From an uncultured Planctomycetaceae bacterium (GTDB taxonomy: Bacteria; Planctomycetota; Planctomycetia; Isosphaerales; Isosphaeraceae), in the NCBI GenBank assembly GCA_963833985.1, contig CAWIAD010000002.1, forward strand, positions 6,176,001 to 6,240,000: a DNA stretch of 64,000 bases. Direction: 5' to 3'. The notes beneath the pieces are model-generated. The model did not search any database. It was given only the letters and a program-made list of their open reading frames with translations, and was not told the DNA's origin. A program made the translations under genes and the position numbers. Below are positions 1 through 10,589 of this stretch, in pieces (within the stretch, counting starts at the first letter, position 1; each line of letters starts with the position of its first letter).

Positions 1-1395
1 CCGACCACCTTGCTGGCTGCCATCGAGGACAACCTGGGCCGGGCGAAGTCTGCTCACCTCACGATCACAAGCCGCGACGAACAGAACAAGGAATACAAGG
101 CCGACATCTGGTACGTGCGCGGCGCCGGCGTACGGGCTGAATCTCCCGAGGGCACGATCGTCGAGGATGAAAGCTTCCAGTGGTCCTGGAAGACGCCAGG
201 CCCGGGTGGTGAAACGATTGTCCTGCGCCAGCCGAGACCGAAATTCTTCGGCAAGATGCTGGCTCCCATGCTGGCACTTCCCGACATTCCATCGTTCTTG
301 TCGCGTGATCGTGCGCCCGAGCTGGACCGCCCGGTGAATGGACATGCGTGCCTGGGCTACATCCTCACGCAGACCGGCCGCGATCCGGATTTGCCCCCTG
401 GGGCACGCCCCGTGAATCCGCAGCCCATGCGCCAGCAGGTTCTGGCCGACGCCGACGGACGGATCCACGAGATCGTCTTGCAGGAACAGAACAAGGACGG
501 CAAATGGCGTGCGATCCGCGAGATCCAGATTGCCTACGACCTGCCGGTACCGCCCGAACGGGTCGCCGCGCGGCTGCCCGAACGATCGCGCGTGATCGAC
601 CGGGATCATGTCTTCGAGGACCGCTATCCCCTCGAGCGAGCGCTCTACCGGACCGAGATGGGCGGCCTGATCCTGGCTGTCCACAACATCCAGCCACTGG
701 TCAACCGTGATGGGTTCTATGTCGTCTCCTCGGTGCGCGGGACGCCGGATTTCCTGAGAAAGTACCAGCCCAGGCGGCGCTGGTTGAACCTGGAGGTGAG
801 CGAGCTGGACGTGGCCATGCAGCCGTCCTCGACAGGGATGATGGGCGGCAAGTATGACCGCATCGTGCTGGCGAGGGCATCACACGAGGGGGTGGAGTTC
901 CTGTGGTGGCTGATCATCCCGCGCAAGTACTTCACGATCAAGAACGGCGAGCGCGTCATGCTGCCCGAGACGAACGAATCGTGGGAGCCGGGGGTTCCGG
1001 GCCGGCTCGATGACGTGCCCGGAAAGGCGAGAGTGTTCCTGCAAGCTCTGTACTGGAACGAGAAGCTCCGGACCCCGCAGGGAACGATGGGCACGGTGGA
1101 GCAGTGGGTCGAGGTGCCGTTACCGGCCGATCAGGGCCCGAACACGATCGACAACGTCGCGGCGCTCGCCCGCCGGGACCTTCAAATCATGCAGCACAGC
1201 GGCAACTCGTCCCTCTTTGGCGTGGCCGCCGACACCAGGGATGATCCGCGAAGCGGCAGGCCGCTCTCCGGCTTCCAGCCCGACCAGATCAACGACGCGG
1301 AATACGCGGCCGCCGTTCGACGTGGCGTCGACGACATGCGGCGGTGGGACGAGGTTCACATGCCCGATGCGGCGGATGCGATCGTCGTCCCGTAG
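1..1395 (+). CDS. Hypothetical protein, 5'-partial (frame open from window start)
   Basis: Long ORF with GC-type codon usage; no family recognised. Confidence 0.6.
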   Translation, partial: PTTLLAAIEDNLGRAKSAHLTITSRDEQNKEYKADIWYVRGAGVRAESPEGTIVEDESFQWSWKTPGPGGETIVLRQPRPKFFGKMLAPMLALPDIPSFLSRDRAPELDRPVNGHACLGYILTQTGRDPDLPPGARPVNPQPMRQQVLADADGRIHEIVLQEQNKDGKWRAIREIQIAYDLPVPPERVAARLPERSRVIDRDHVFEDRYPLERALYRTEMGGLILAVHNIQPLVNRDGFYVVSSVRGTPDFLRKYQPRRRWLNLEVSELDVAMQPSSTGMMGGKYDRIVLARASHEGVEFLWWLIIPRKYFTIKNGERVMLPETNESWEPGVPGRLDDVPGKARVFLQALYWNEKLRTPQGTMGTVEQWVEVPLPADQGPNTIDNVAALARRDLQIMQHSGNSSLFGVAADTRDDPRSGRPLSGFQPDQINDAEYAAAVRRGVDDMRRWDEVHMPDAADAIVVP

Positions 1396-1454
1396 AAGAG
1401 GCCAGCCTCGTCCAGCAGGTTCACCCCGCCGGAAGTCGCGTGGCTGCAAGTGCA

Positions 1455-1871
1455 TCACACTCGTGCCACGCGGCTCTGGCTGCGATCACCCCGTGCCAGA
1501 AGCATGGGGTTGATCCGTCTGGCCAGCAGATCTCCGAGTGCGATGCCGATGGAGTCGGCCCCGAGATCGAACAGGTCAAAATCGCGGCCCGGAATCCAGA
1601 TCTGAGAGATTTCCTCACCCGCCACCACAACCGCCACGATGAGCGTGCCGAGCCCAACCGCCAGACCACCCAGCCTCATGGAGCGGCACCGGAGAGCCAG
1701 ATTCGTGAGCAAGCTGAAGGTGAACATGAAACTGCAATGGCAAATCTTGTCGCCCAGCGGAACCCGTTCGACCCAGCCCCAGTAAGCCTGCCCGATCCCG
1801 GTGTCGGCCGAGTAAATCACCACTCCCAGGAGGCCGCAAAATACGATCAAACCGATCCTGATCCAGCTCAT
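1455..1871 (-). CDS. VanZ-family membrane protein
   Basis: DKICH...EEISQIWIPGRDFDLFDLGADSIG motif; hydrophobic. Confidence 0.8.
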   Translation of the reverse strand: MSWIRIGLIVFCGLLGVVIYSADTGIGQAYWGWVERVPLGDKICHCSFMFTFSLLTNLALRCRSMRLGGLAVGLGTLIVAVVVAGEEISQIWIPGRDFDLFDLGADSIGIALGDLLARRINPMLLARGDRSQSRVARV

Positions 1872-2015
1872 GAATCGCCCATCCCGAACCGCGAAAGCGG
1901 TATGAGTCGCGAGCACCACCGACGAGCGGTACCCATGCCGGAAAGCAACTTTGCCACACAAAGTGAATTCCGTCAAGGCCAGCAGGCGGGGTGAAGTTGT
2001 TTTGCGACGGGCGCG

Positions 2016-2918
2016 CTAGCGGACGCGGTAGCTGGCCAGCGCCACGGTGACGTTGTCCTTGGCCTCTTGTGCCAGCACGGCGGCGATCAGGCGGTCGACG
2101 GATCGTTCGGGCGAGCGGGACTCGGCGAGTATGCGGGCAAGCTCATCATCGGGGACATACTCGGTCAGGCCGTCGGTGCAGAGCAGCACGAGATCGCCAT
2201 CGGCAAGAGTGCGGCGCTGAACTTCCACCTGAACTCCGGCGTTCGGTCCGCCCACCACATTGGTGACGACGTGGCGGCGCGGGTGCTCGCGGGCAACTTC
2301 CGGAGTGATCGCCCCCACGTCGACCAGCACCTGGACGAGCGTATGGTCCGAGGTGATTCGCTCCAGCGCGCCATCGTGAAACAGATAAGCGCGGGAATCG
2401 CCGGCATGGGCCACGAACAGGTCGGTCCCCACGCTGTAGGCCAGGGTGAGCGTGGTTCCCATGCCGGTGAGCTGTGGCTCGGCGTCGGCCTGGGCGAGGA
2501 TGTCGCGATCGGCGCGCTGGAGGGCAAGGCGCAGCTCGTTGAGCAGGGCATTCTGCTCGTGGCCCTCGCGGTGCAGGAACCACTTGATCGCGTCGAGTAC
2601 GAAGCTCTCGACGGTCCGCACGGCCATGGTGCTGGCCTCCATGCCACCCGCCGCGCCCCCCATGCCGTCCGCGACGATCAGCAGGTAGCCTTCCTCATCG
2701 GAGTATCGGGTCGTCTCCGACTCGGGAAGGCTGGAAGAGCAAATCCGCATCGATTTGGCCAGCTTGGCGATCAGGAACTGGTCTTCGTTGCGCGCGCGGA
2801 CATGCCCGGGGTGTGTCCCACCCGCGAAGGCCACGTCCACCCGCGATCGGGCCACGGACCTGCTCACGAATTCCGGCGTGGGGTCGTCTTGCGACGGCTC
2901 GGTCAAGAGAGTGCTCAT
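2016..2918 (-). CDS. PP2C-family Ser/Thr protein phosphatase
   Basis: R.RNED, VADGMGG, GMGTT, HAGDSRAY, LCTDGL, DNVT motifs. Confidence 0.92.
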   Translation of the reverse strand: MSTLLTEPSQDDPTPEFVSRSVARSRVDVAFAGGTHPGHVRARNEDQFLIAKLAKSMRICSSSLPESETTRYSDEEGYLLIVADGMGGAAGGMEASTMAVRTVESFVLDAIKWFLHREGHEQNALLNELRLALQRADRDILAQADAEPQLTGMGTTLTLAYSVGTDLFVAHAGDSRAYLFHDGALERITSDHTLVQVLVDVGAITPEVAREHPRRHVVTNVVGGPNAGVQVEVQRRTLADGDLVLLCTDGLTEYVPDDELARILAESRSPERSVDRLIAAVLAQEAKDNVTVALASYRVR

Positions 2919-3077
2919 GAACGTGCATTCATCGAACAGCGATACGGTCGTGCGACGAAGGACGTTCAAATTCCATGCACTTACCGTGCCGGCGGTGGCG
3001 GAATGCACGCGCCCTCGTGGCGTGATGGGGCGTGTTCCGCCACCTGGCAAGGTTCTTGGAGAAGGCGCCGCGGCCAT

Positions 3078-5000
3078 CTATCGGCCCGGGGAATCCGGCT
3101 TTGTGCCGGAGTTCGGGTGGACGAGCAGCCCGAAGGACTGGTATCCGGCGGCACCTGCGGCATCCACGCGGTGAGTGAGATACACCGCGTCGAAGACGTG
3201 GCAAAGCGCTCGAACCTGCTCCAGGTCACGAGCCACGTCGTCGCGGGAACGGTGCTGCTGGTCCGCGAGATACGACGTCATCCGATCCTGATGGCGAGCG
3301 ATCATGGCTGCCACAGCACCCAGGTCCAGGCAAGCGTACGACCGGGCCTCGGGGAAGGCCCGCTCTTGCAGGAGGTGAAACCGGGCGCCTGCGGAGCTGT
3401 CACTACCGCCGGCCAGGTAACGCTCCACCACGGACGAAGAGTTGCCCACCACCAGGCGCTTGCCCGCGCGGTCCACCGCGTACGCGAGAGGAATGGCCGG
3501 AGTGAGTGTTTTCACCATCGTGCCGGCAACCTCGCGGCCCTCGATATGCGCGGCTGCCGAGGCGAGTTTGGGCGTCAGCGCCAGCGCGGCAAGGCCCGTG
3601 TTCAGCGCGTTATCGACGGCGTCGGCCGGGCTGGGAGTTGTCTGATCCTGTGATCCGGCTGGCCTGTCCAGGGTGTCCTGAAGCTGGATCGCGACTGCCG
3701 AGGGGAACGGCCACTTCACGCCGGTCGGGTCGTCGGAATGGGCGGTGGCGTCCCAGCTCGCTGGAGCTTCGGCGAAAGCCACAATCCGCGGCCCCAGGGC
3801 CGGCAAGATCCGCGTGCTCGGATCCTGACCCAGGAAGATGCCCTTCAGCGTCACCTCAATATTGGCCAGGCGGTTCTGTTCCGAGGCCGGGACCATCTGG
3901 CGCAGGAAGGTGGTCAGGGACGAAAGATCAATCTCCAGCGACCCGACGGCCAGAGTGGTGCCGGGAACGCGCTCCATTCGAGGCGCGGCGGAGACCCGCG
4001 ATGTTGCGGTCTTGCCGAAGAGTTCCTGGAACTTCCCGGGCTCAAAGACCTCAGCGACATTCAGGGCCAGGCCGGCCTCATCGGCGACCAGGGCCGCGCC
4101 CGCTGATTCCAGGGCCGCGGCGTAACGCCGGATCAGGGCCTCGACGGGCGAGCGGGGTTCCGAAGCGTTCTGAAACACGCGCTCGGCGAGGCGCGAGTCG
4201 ATGAAGAGGCGGGCCAGCGCGTGCGTGGGAAGCTTCTTCTCCAGGGCTGCGAACCGAGGAGCATCGGCCAGGCTGGCGGCAGCCTGCGACCCGCTCGCGG
4301 CCTTGCCCGTCTTGCGGTCGATCAGCTCGCCCAGCAGGGAGGTGTCGTTCGAACAGGCGAAGGTTCCATCGGCAAAGCTCACGAAGCACTCCGGCAGATG
4401 ATCGGAGCCGGCCGGAAACTCCCGGAGGAAGTAAGAGACGCCTCCGCGCTTCTTTTCCACAACCGCGGCCACCTCACCGGTCTGCTGCTGCGTCGTGTTC
4501 AGCAGCTCGACGAGACGTTTCAGCAGGCCGGGATTGCTCGCCTTCAGGACCAGGATCCCCCGCGCCGAACGCGGTTCCAGGGGCACGTTTTCCGGCACCA
4601 CGAGGGCGACGACCACCGCATCGCCGAGGATCTGGTCGCGGATCTCCGTGAGCTTGGCCTGGAGAAAACCCTCGATCTGGTCGCGCAACGTCTCGAGCTG
4701 CTCGTACTTCTCGGAACCCATCCACGTCTTCACTGCCGGCAGTTCCCACAGGTCCCTGGCCAGGGGGGAACGCAAGAGCGCGCCGACCTGCCCGCGCAGG
4801 TCTTCCACCGTGAGCACCACGCTGGCGTTGGCCGGCACCAGCCTGTGCAGCTCACGCGCGGGCGCTGGCTTCGCTTCAGCGGCCGGCGCGGCCGGCACCG
4901 GCGGCAAGAACCAGGGGCTGGCGAACAGCAGCCAGGCGAGCCACCTTCGGCTCGGCAGGGGTCGGCAACGCCGACTTGCAAGATGAGGGTGCTTCATCAT
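3078..5000 (-). CDS. Exported hypothetical protein (DUF3352-like)
   Basis: Signal-peptide-like N-terminus followed by 'LHRLVPANASVVLTVEDL'; co-oriented with the sigma/anti-sigma genes. Confidence 0.6.
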   Translation of the reverse strand: MMKHPHLASRRCRPLPSRRWLAWLLFASPWFLPPVPAAPAAEAKPAPARELHRLVPANASVVLTVEDLRGQVGALLRSPLARDLWELPAVKTWMGSEKYEQLETLRDQIEGFLQAKLTEIRDQILGDAVVVALVVPENVPLEPRSARGILVLKASNPGLLKRLVELLNTTQQQTGEVAAVVEKKRGGVSYFLREFPAGSDHLPECFVSFADGTFACSNDTSLLGELIDRKTGKAASGSQAAASLADAPRFAALEKKLPTHALARLFIDSRLAERVFQNASEPRSPVEALIRRYAAALESAGAALVADEAGLALNVAEVFEPGKFQELFGKTATSRVSAAPRMERVPGTTLAVGSLEIDLSSLTTFLRQMVPASEQNRLANIEVTLKGIFLGQDPSTRILPALGPRIVAFAEAPASWDATAHSDDPTGVKWPFPSAVAIQLQDTLDRPAGSQDQTTPSPADAVDNALNTGLAALALTPKLASAAAHIEGREVAGTMVKTLTPAIPLAYAVDRAGKRLVVGNSSSVVERYLAGGSDSSAGARFHLLQERAFPEARSYACLDLGAVAAMIARHQDRMTSYLADQQHRSRDDVARDLEQVRALCHVFDAVYLTHRVDAAGAAGYQSFGLLVHPNSGTKPDSPGR

Positions 5001-5004
5001 CGTT

Positions 5005-5844
5005 TCAGGCTCCCTTGGATGCGGACGGAGGGATCGTGCGCCGCTCGTACTTTTCGAGCGCAGGAATACGCAGGAATCCGAATGCGTGGCGGGCCGTGGA
5101 CGACAGCGGTTGGACACCGGAGGACAGCCCGTCTTCGAGTTGCTGAAGGATCGCCGCGCCCGGCGCGGGCTGCGGGGACGAGGCAAAGACCGCGGCCAGA
5201 AAACTCTCGCCGATGTCGGTGGTACTCACGGAGGCCGGCAGCGCGGCGCCTCCGCCGGGCCGCTCATCGAAGGGCGCGGAACCCGGGATCATGTCGCGGC
5301 CCAGGCGGGCCGCGGGCTCCGAGGTCACGCGGGCGAGGTCGAGAGTCGCCGCCGTGGCTTCCAGGACGGCCGCCCGCAAGCCTTGTGAGCTGTGGCCGCT
5401 CGCCGCGATGCGCACGGCCGACCGGCCGTGCGGCCCCGGGCCTGATACAGCGTTCCGGGGAAGCCCGGATGGTCCGGAAAGCCAGTAGGCCAGCAGGGCG
5501 GCGAGACTGGCGGAGGCGGCAATGGCCGGCACGCGCCACCGCCACCTGGCACGGTACAGTAGCGCGGCCTGCTGCTCGGCGATGACCCGGTCAAGCAGTG
5601 CCTGGGGGGGCGCGAGCGGCGGCCGCCCGGTTGACGACCAGGTGCGCACCGCCTGGCGCAAGGTTTCGTAGCCGGCCAGCGCGTTGCGGCACCGCGTGCA
5701 GCCTGTCGCGTGGACCATCGCGCGCTGGGCTTCGGCGGCCAGCTCCGGAGACACGTCGCCAGGCTCGGTTGCGTCTTGTTCCGGGCTCGATTGTTCCGCG
5801 TCGAGCAGCAGGTTCCAGATTCGGTCGCAGTCGTGGCAGTTCAT
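5005..5844 (-). CDS. Putative zinc-finger anti-sigma factor
   Basis: MNC..C N-terminus, HxxxCxxC (HATGCTRC), one TM helix; directly downstream of an ECF sigma. Confidence 0.7.
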   Translation of the reverse strand: MNCHDCDRIWNLLLDAEQSSPEQDATEPGDVSPELAAEAQRAMVHATGCTRCRNALAGYETLRQAVRTWSSTGRPPLAPPQALLDRVIAEQQAALLYRARWRWRVPAIAASASLAALLAYWLSGPSGLPRNAVSGPGPHGRSAVRIAASGHSSQGLRAAVLEATAATLDLARVTSEPAARLGRDMIPGSAPFDERPGGGAALPASVSTTDIGESFLAAVFASSPQPAPGAAILQQLEDGLSSGVQPLSSTARHAFGFLRIPALEKYERRTIPPSASKGA

Positions 5845-5922
5845 GGGCCTGGTCCTCCTCGGTGGTCGGGGCCGATGCTGCATGGTTCCGGGGTGCGGTG
5901 CCCGCGCGAATCCAGGTTCAGG

Positions 5923-6474
5923 TTAACATTCCACCCCGCGACGCGCGAGGTTCTCCGCGAGCTCGGCCCGCGCTCGATGGAGCCAGGTCTTGACGGTGCC
6001 AACCGGGCGGCCGAGACTGCGGGCGATTTCCTCATAGGACAGGTTCTGTTCGTGATAGAGAACGAAGACGAGGCGATAGTCGGGGCGCAGCCGGTTCAGC
6101 GCCCGATCGAGCTCGCCGGCCAGGTGGTGCGGATCATTCACGCCGGGACGGGGGTCGACATGCTCGAGGGCCGCGGACACCGGCGCCAGCCTGGGCCTGC
6201 GCGTGCGCATTGACAGTGCCGTGCGGCAGCGGTTGGCGGCGATCTCCAGCAGCCAGGGACGGATGGGGCGGCCCGAGTCGAACCCGAAGATCGCCCGCAG
6301 AGCGCGCAGGAAGGTTTCCTGCGTCATGTCCTCGGCGTCTTGCCGGTGGTTGAGCATGCGGTAGCAGAGGCCAAAGACGATACCGTGAAAGCGCTCGACC
6401 AGGAGCCGCGCCGCCTGGGGATCTCCGGCCCGGATCGCGCGAATCAGCGTGGGCTCGTCCATGGTCGTGGTCAA
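5923..6474 (-). CDS. ECF RNA polymerase sigma factor
   Basis: DAEDMTQETFLRA (region 2), SYEEIA...GTVKTWLHRAR (region 4). Confidence 0.92.
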   Translation of the reverse strand: MTTTMDEPTLIRAIRAGDPQAARLLVERFHGIVFGLCYRMLNHRQDAEDMTQETFLRALRAIFGFDSGRPIRPWLLEIAANRCRTALSMRTRRPRLAPVSAALEHVDPRPGVNDPHHLAGELDRALNRLRPDYRLVFVLYHEQNLSYEEIARSLGRPVGTVKTWLHRARAELAENLARRGVEC

Positions 6475-6770
6475 GGTCAGCGTGCCCGCCCGCCCCGGTG
6501 GCTGCCGACGACGTGTCGGTCAACTCTGTTACCGCTGGGCCGGTCCGCACGTTTCAAGTTTCGCCCGCGGAGGTGGATTATTCCTGAATCGCGATCTGGG
6601 CGAACGCAAAGAACTCCAGGAGTTGAAGCCAGGGGGAGTCGAAGGAGCAACGAAAAGACCATCCCCGGGAGATCGTGGCGGCCACGATGGATCACCGGGG
6701 ATGGTCGCTCGCGGGTCGCGGAGACCGGGCGTTCCGGCGGAGCCGGAGCGGCCCGGTGTCGTGGACTCGG

Positions 6771-7178
6771 CTAGGGCGTCGTGGGAGCAGGCTCGATGTC
6801 CATCAATGCGGTCAGCTCCTCCGCGGACAGTTCCTCGAACGCGCGGCCTTGCTCCTGGAGCCCGGCCTCGAGCCGCAGGGCGATGTGGTGCAGCTCGGGC
6901 AAGTCGATCCGCCAGGCCAGCTCGGCCAGTTCGAGCGGATCGAGGTCGCCGAGCTGCTGACCCTTGCTCTCGAGTTCCAGCTCCATGAGCAGCACTGCCT
7001 CCTGGAGCTGGGCATGGGTCTCGGCCGAGCCGCCGAAGACCAGCGATTGGTCACCCCGGGTCAACCGATGCTGGTCATCATAGGAGTCCAGGCCGAGGCC
7101 GATCAAGGCGGCTCGGATGCGGCGCGGTCGTGCAGGCGATTGCTGCGTCGTGATCATCTCGGAGTAGGCCTTTCGCAT
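6771..7178 (-). CDS. Conserved hypothetical protein
   Basis: LIGLGLD...RLTRG...GGSAETHAQLQE, a pattern I recall from PVC-group proteins; start uncertain. Confidence 0.6.
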   Translation of the reverse strand: MRKAYSEMITTQQSPARPRRIRAALIGLGLDSYDDQHRLTRGDQSLVFGGSAETHAQLQEAVLLMELELESKGQQLGDLDPLELAELAWRIDLPELHHIALRLEAGLQEQGRAFEELSAEELTALMDIEPAPTTP

Positions 7179-7333
7179 GGGGATGCCGAAGGGACTGGCA
7201 TGGCGAGCCCGGCAACTCCCGATGGCGCCGGGCACCGTGCTCGTCACGCGATACTTATCGGTATCCCCCTTTGCCGCGCATAGCCCCGAGAGTGAGAATC
7301 GCTTGCACTTGTGACACGCGACCGGCACCGGTC

Positions 7334-7561
7334 TTACGATCCGCCCAAGCAATCCTTGGCGATGTTCCGCGCCTGGCGGTAGGCCATCTTGATGGTCATG
7401 CCGCGGCCCTCGATCTGGTCCTCGCCGAAGAGCCGGCCCTCGCTCGTCGGCAAGCCCGCCAGAGCGATGGTCAGCGGCAGCAAGTCCAGGAACTGCCGGT
7501 ACTTCTGCTGCAAGTCAGGTGCTGGAGATGCGGGATCGGCCACGGGTTGCCTCCTGGTCAA
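7334..7561 (-). CDS. Small conserved hypothetical protein
   Basis: KYRQFLDLLPLTIALAGLP; coding-like composition. Confidence 0.6.
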   Translation of the reverse strand: MTRRQPVADPASPAPDLQQKYRQFLDLLPLTIALAGLPTSEGRLFGEDQIEGRGMTIKMAYRQARNIAKDCLGGS

Positions 7562-7844
7562 AGCGGCATGGAGAGGGCCGCCGCCGGCGCACTTGCGGCA
7601 GCGGTTCGGAGTCTGGTGGAATCAGAACAGGGCACAGTATGGAACGGCCCCGGCAGGATGCCGGCCACCGCTCCGCCGACCTTCTATTGACACTAGCGCG
7701 CCGGACTCCTCGGTCGCAAGAACCTTGCCGGCGCGCGGAGGTCGGGTTCCGCGAATGCTGGCTCTGGTCGGATCCTCGCTTCACTCCATCTGGGGGATCC
7801 GTGCAGCACCCTGGCGCAAAGCTTTCCTGGTCGTCGTAATTCCT

Positions 7845-7872
7845 TTGACGAAAGCGCGTAAACTGATAAGAT
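7845..7872 (+). promoter_or_regulatory. Putative sigma70 promoter of the DEAD helicase
   Basis: TTGACG-N16-TAAGAT with extended -10 TG. Confidence 0.4.
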
Positions 7873-7971
7873 AGCATCGGTAAGAAACTCTGTTGACAGA
7901 ACGCGAGGTCGTTCCGGCATGTTTGCCACGGCCAGTTTTTTCCCGCGAGATCGACATTTCTGGAGGATTGT

Positions 7972-9201
7972 TTGAATCGACGAGCCAAGGAGGAACCCGA
8001 TTCGGGATTCCATTCGATGGGTTTGAGCCCGACGATGCTCAGGTCGCTTGCTCATGCCCGCTACACCACTCCCACCCCGATCCAGGCGGCTTTCATACCG
8101 CGGGCACTCGACGGCCTGGACGTCATCGGTCAGGCGAAGACGGGCACCGGCAAGACGGCTGCGTTCGGCATCCCCTTGATCGAGATGCTTGAAGGCCGTT
8201 CACGTGGACCGCAGGCCATCATCCTGGCCCCCACCCGCGAGCTGACGCAGCAGATCGTCGGCGAACTTCAGAAGCTGGCCCAGGACAGCGACGTCGCCAT
8301 CTGCGGCGTGTACGGCGGTGAGCCGATCGAGCGGCAGCTCCGGGCCTTGAGCCGCGGAGTCGACATCGTCGTCGGTACCCCCGGCCGCGTGCTCGACCAC
8401 ATCGAACGCCGCACACTCTACCTGGGAGACATTTTTCACGTCGTCCTCGATGAGGCCGACCGCATGCTCGATATCGGGTTCCGTCCCGACATCGAACGCA
8501 TCTTTCGCAAGCTGCCCTCGCCTCGCCAGACGCTGCTGCTCTCGGCGACGATCAGCGCCGATGTGCGAAAGCTGGCCCACCGCTACATGTTTGAGCCGGT
8601 GGAAGTGAACCTGTCGCAGGACCAGCCCTCGGTCGAGACCATCCAGCAGTATTACATATCGGTGAATCATGATCGCAAGGTCGAGTTGCTGGTGCACCTG
8701 CTGAAACACGACAAGCCGCGCCAGTGCATCGTCTTCACCCGCACCAAGCGCGGTGCCGACCGCCTGGCCGAGCGGCTCCGCCGCGTGGTCCCCGGCGTGG
8801 CCTCGATCCACGGCGACCTGCCCCAGAGCTCCCGCGACCGCGTGATGCGCGGCTTCCGGCTCGGCACCGTCCCGGTGCTGGTGGCCACCGACGTCGTCGG
8901 CCGGGGAATTGATGTCGAAAACATCAGCCACGTCATCAATTACGACATCCCCGACGATCCTGAAAACTACGTGCACCGGATCGGCCGGACGGGCCGGATG
9001 GGAAAAGACGGCATCGCCTACCTGTTCGTCGGCCCGGATCAGGGCGAGCCCCTGACCATCATCGAAAACCTGATCAACAAGGTCATTCCTGCCCTGCGGG
9101 TCGACGGCTTCGAGGTTGCCAAGGCGCGAAGCGGTTCGCCTGGCACGCGCGAGCTTTACAACACCGCGGTCACACGCTCGCACGAGCTGGCTGTTCGCTA
9201 G
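7972..9201 (+). CDS. DEAD-box RNA helicase
   Basis: TPIQ, AKTGTGKT, PTREL, DEAD, SAT, HRIGRTGR. Confidence 0.95.
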   Translation: MNRRAKEEPDSGFHSMGLSPTMLRSLAHARYTTPTPIQAAFIPRALDGLDVIGQAKTGTGKTAAFGIPLIEMLEGRSRGPQAIILAPTRELTQQIVGELQKLAQDSDVAICGVYGGEPIERQLRALSRGVDIVVGTPGRVLDHIERRTLYLGDIFHVVLDEADRMLDIGFRPDIERIFRKLPSPRQTLLLSATISADVRKLAHRYMFEPVEVNLSQDQPSVETIQQYYISVNHDRKVELLVHLLKHDKPRQCIVFTRTKRGADRLAERLRRVVPGVASIHGDLPQSSRDRVMRGFRLGTVPVLVATDVVGRGIDVENISHVINYDIPDDPENYVHRIGRTGRMGKDGIAYLFVGPDQGEPLTIIENLINKVIPALRVDGFEVAKARSGSPGTRELYNTAVTRSHELAVR

Positions 9202-10585
9202 CCTCGCTACTCGTCGCCGGGCCGATGATCGCCTCGCGTCCCAGCGCCTGGAACAGTTCCCGGGCGCTGGCCGCCAGCGCGTGGCTCCGCTCGTCAGACT
9301 GCCGGTCCGAGAACAGCTTGTGGTCGCACCGGGACACGATCTCGGCCGCCGAGTCGGCCAGCGCGGCCGACCTTGTGAGCTCGTGCACGAGGTCACGCGC
9401 CTCTGCGGGTGTCAAGGCGCCGGGCGGACGGCCGATGCTCAGGCCGGCATACGTGATCAGCCCGTCGCTGATCGTGCGCGCAAGCTCTTGACCGCTTTCC
9501 AGCCCGTCCGGCCCAGGCCAGCGCTGGAGCGCTTGCGTCAGCTTCCGCGCCAGCCGTTGCGCCGCTCGCAGGCTGCCTTTCCGTGCCAGCTTTCGCCTCC
9601 GCCTGATGACCAGCAGCAGAGCGGCCATGGAGAACAGCCAGAGAACCAGTGCGCTCGCGGGCAATGCCCACCAGAAGTCGCCCCGGCGGTCGGGTGCGGT
9701 GTAGCGGATCGTGCCGGGGTCGAACGCCGCGGTCGCGGACGCCTTGATCGGCAGACCCTGGGTCACCTTGGTGAGGTAGCGTGCGGATTTCGGGTCGAAC
9801 GCCGCGATGACCACCGGGGGAAGCGCGGCGGAACCGGCCTTCGCGGGCCGGATCCGGTAAGGGAACACCACCGACGGTGGGTCGCTCACGCGCTCCACGG
9901 GCAGTGCCTGCACGCGCAGGGCCAGTGGAACACGGTCGAATCGGCCCAGGTCCGGCGGCCGCATCGTTCCCCAGGCGGCTGGTCCGGCGATCTCGATCCG
10001 GTAAGTCAGCTCCTGCCCCACCCGGACGGAGGCAGGTGAGGCGCTCGCCTTCACCGTGAAGTCGCCCACGCCACCCAGGAACGCGGTCGGCCGACCCTCG
10101 ACGGGAACCGGCTCGATCGCCAGCCGCAGGGGTTTGCCGCGGCCGGCGCGAGCGCCCAGGCGCGCCATGACCGGTGGGATCTCGAGCACACCGGCCCTGC
10201 GCGCGACGACTCGCAGCCGGGTGATGAACGTGTTCTCGCTCGTGTTCTGGCCGCCAATGGAGGAAGCGCTCACTGGCTGGAACGATGTGCCAGCCATCGA
10301 GATCTCGGCATGGTCCAGATGGGGCAGCTCGATGGCGGGCCTCTCGTTCTCACCGCGGATCAGGACGGCCAGATCGATGGCCTGCCCTTGGTAATGCGGA
10401 CCCGGGTCAGCCTGAACCCGGACCCGCAGCTCATCGGCCGGCTGACTTTGTGCGCGGCTGCTGGCGATGGAGAGGATCAGGAGCAGCCGCAAGGTGGGCC
10501 GAGAGCTCGCGAGGTGCCGCCATCGGCGGGTAGGAGCCGCGGGCGGACGGCGTCCCGCTGCCAAATTGCCGGTCGTTCGCGGCAT
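9170..10585 (-). CDS. BatD-like protein
   Basis: Ig-like Bat domains ('FLGGVGDFTVKASASP..VRVGQ'), C-terminal TM; adjacent to VWA genes; start approximate. Confidence 0.7.
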   Translation of the reverse strand: MPRTTGNLAAGRRPPAAPTRRWRHLASSRPTLRLLLILSIASSRAQSQPADELRVRVQADPGPHYQGQAIDLAVLIRGENERPAIELPHLDHAEISMAGTSFQPVSASSIGGQNTSENTFITRLRVVARRAGVLEIPPVMARLGARAGRGKPLRLAIEPVPVEGRPTAFLGGVGDFTVKASASPASVRVGQELTYRIEIAGPAAWGTMRPPDLGRFDRVPLALRVQALPVERVSDPPSVVFPYRIRPAKAGSAALPPVVIAAFDPKSARYLTKVTQGLPIKASATAAFDPGTIRYTAPDRRGDFWWALPASALVLWLFSMAALLLVIRRRRKLARKGSLRAAQRLARKLTQALQRWPGPDGLESGQELARTISDGLITYAGLSIGRPPGALTPAEARDLVHELTRSAALADSAAEIVSRCDHKLFSDRQSDERSHALAASARELFQALGREAIIGPATSSEASEQPARASV

Positions 10586-10589
10586 CGTC

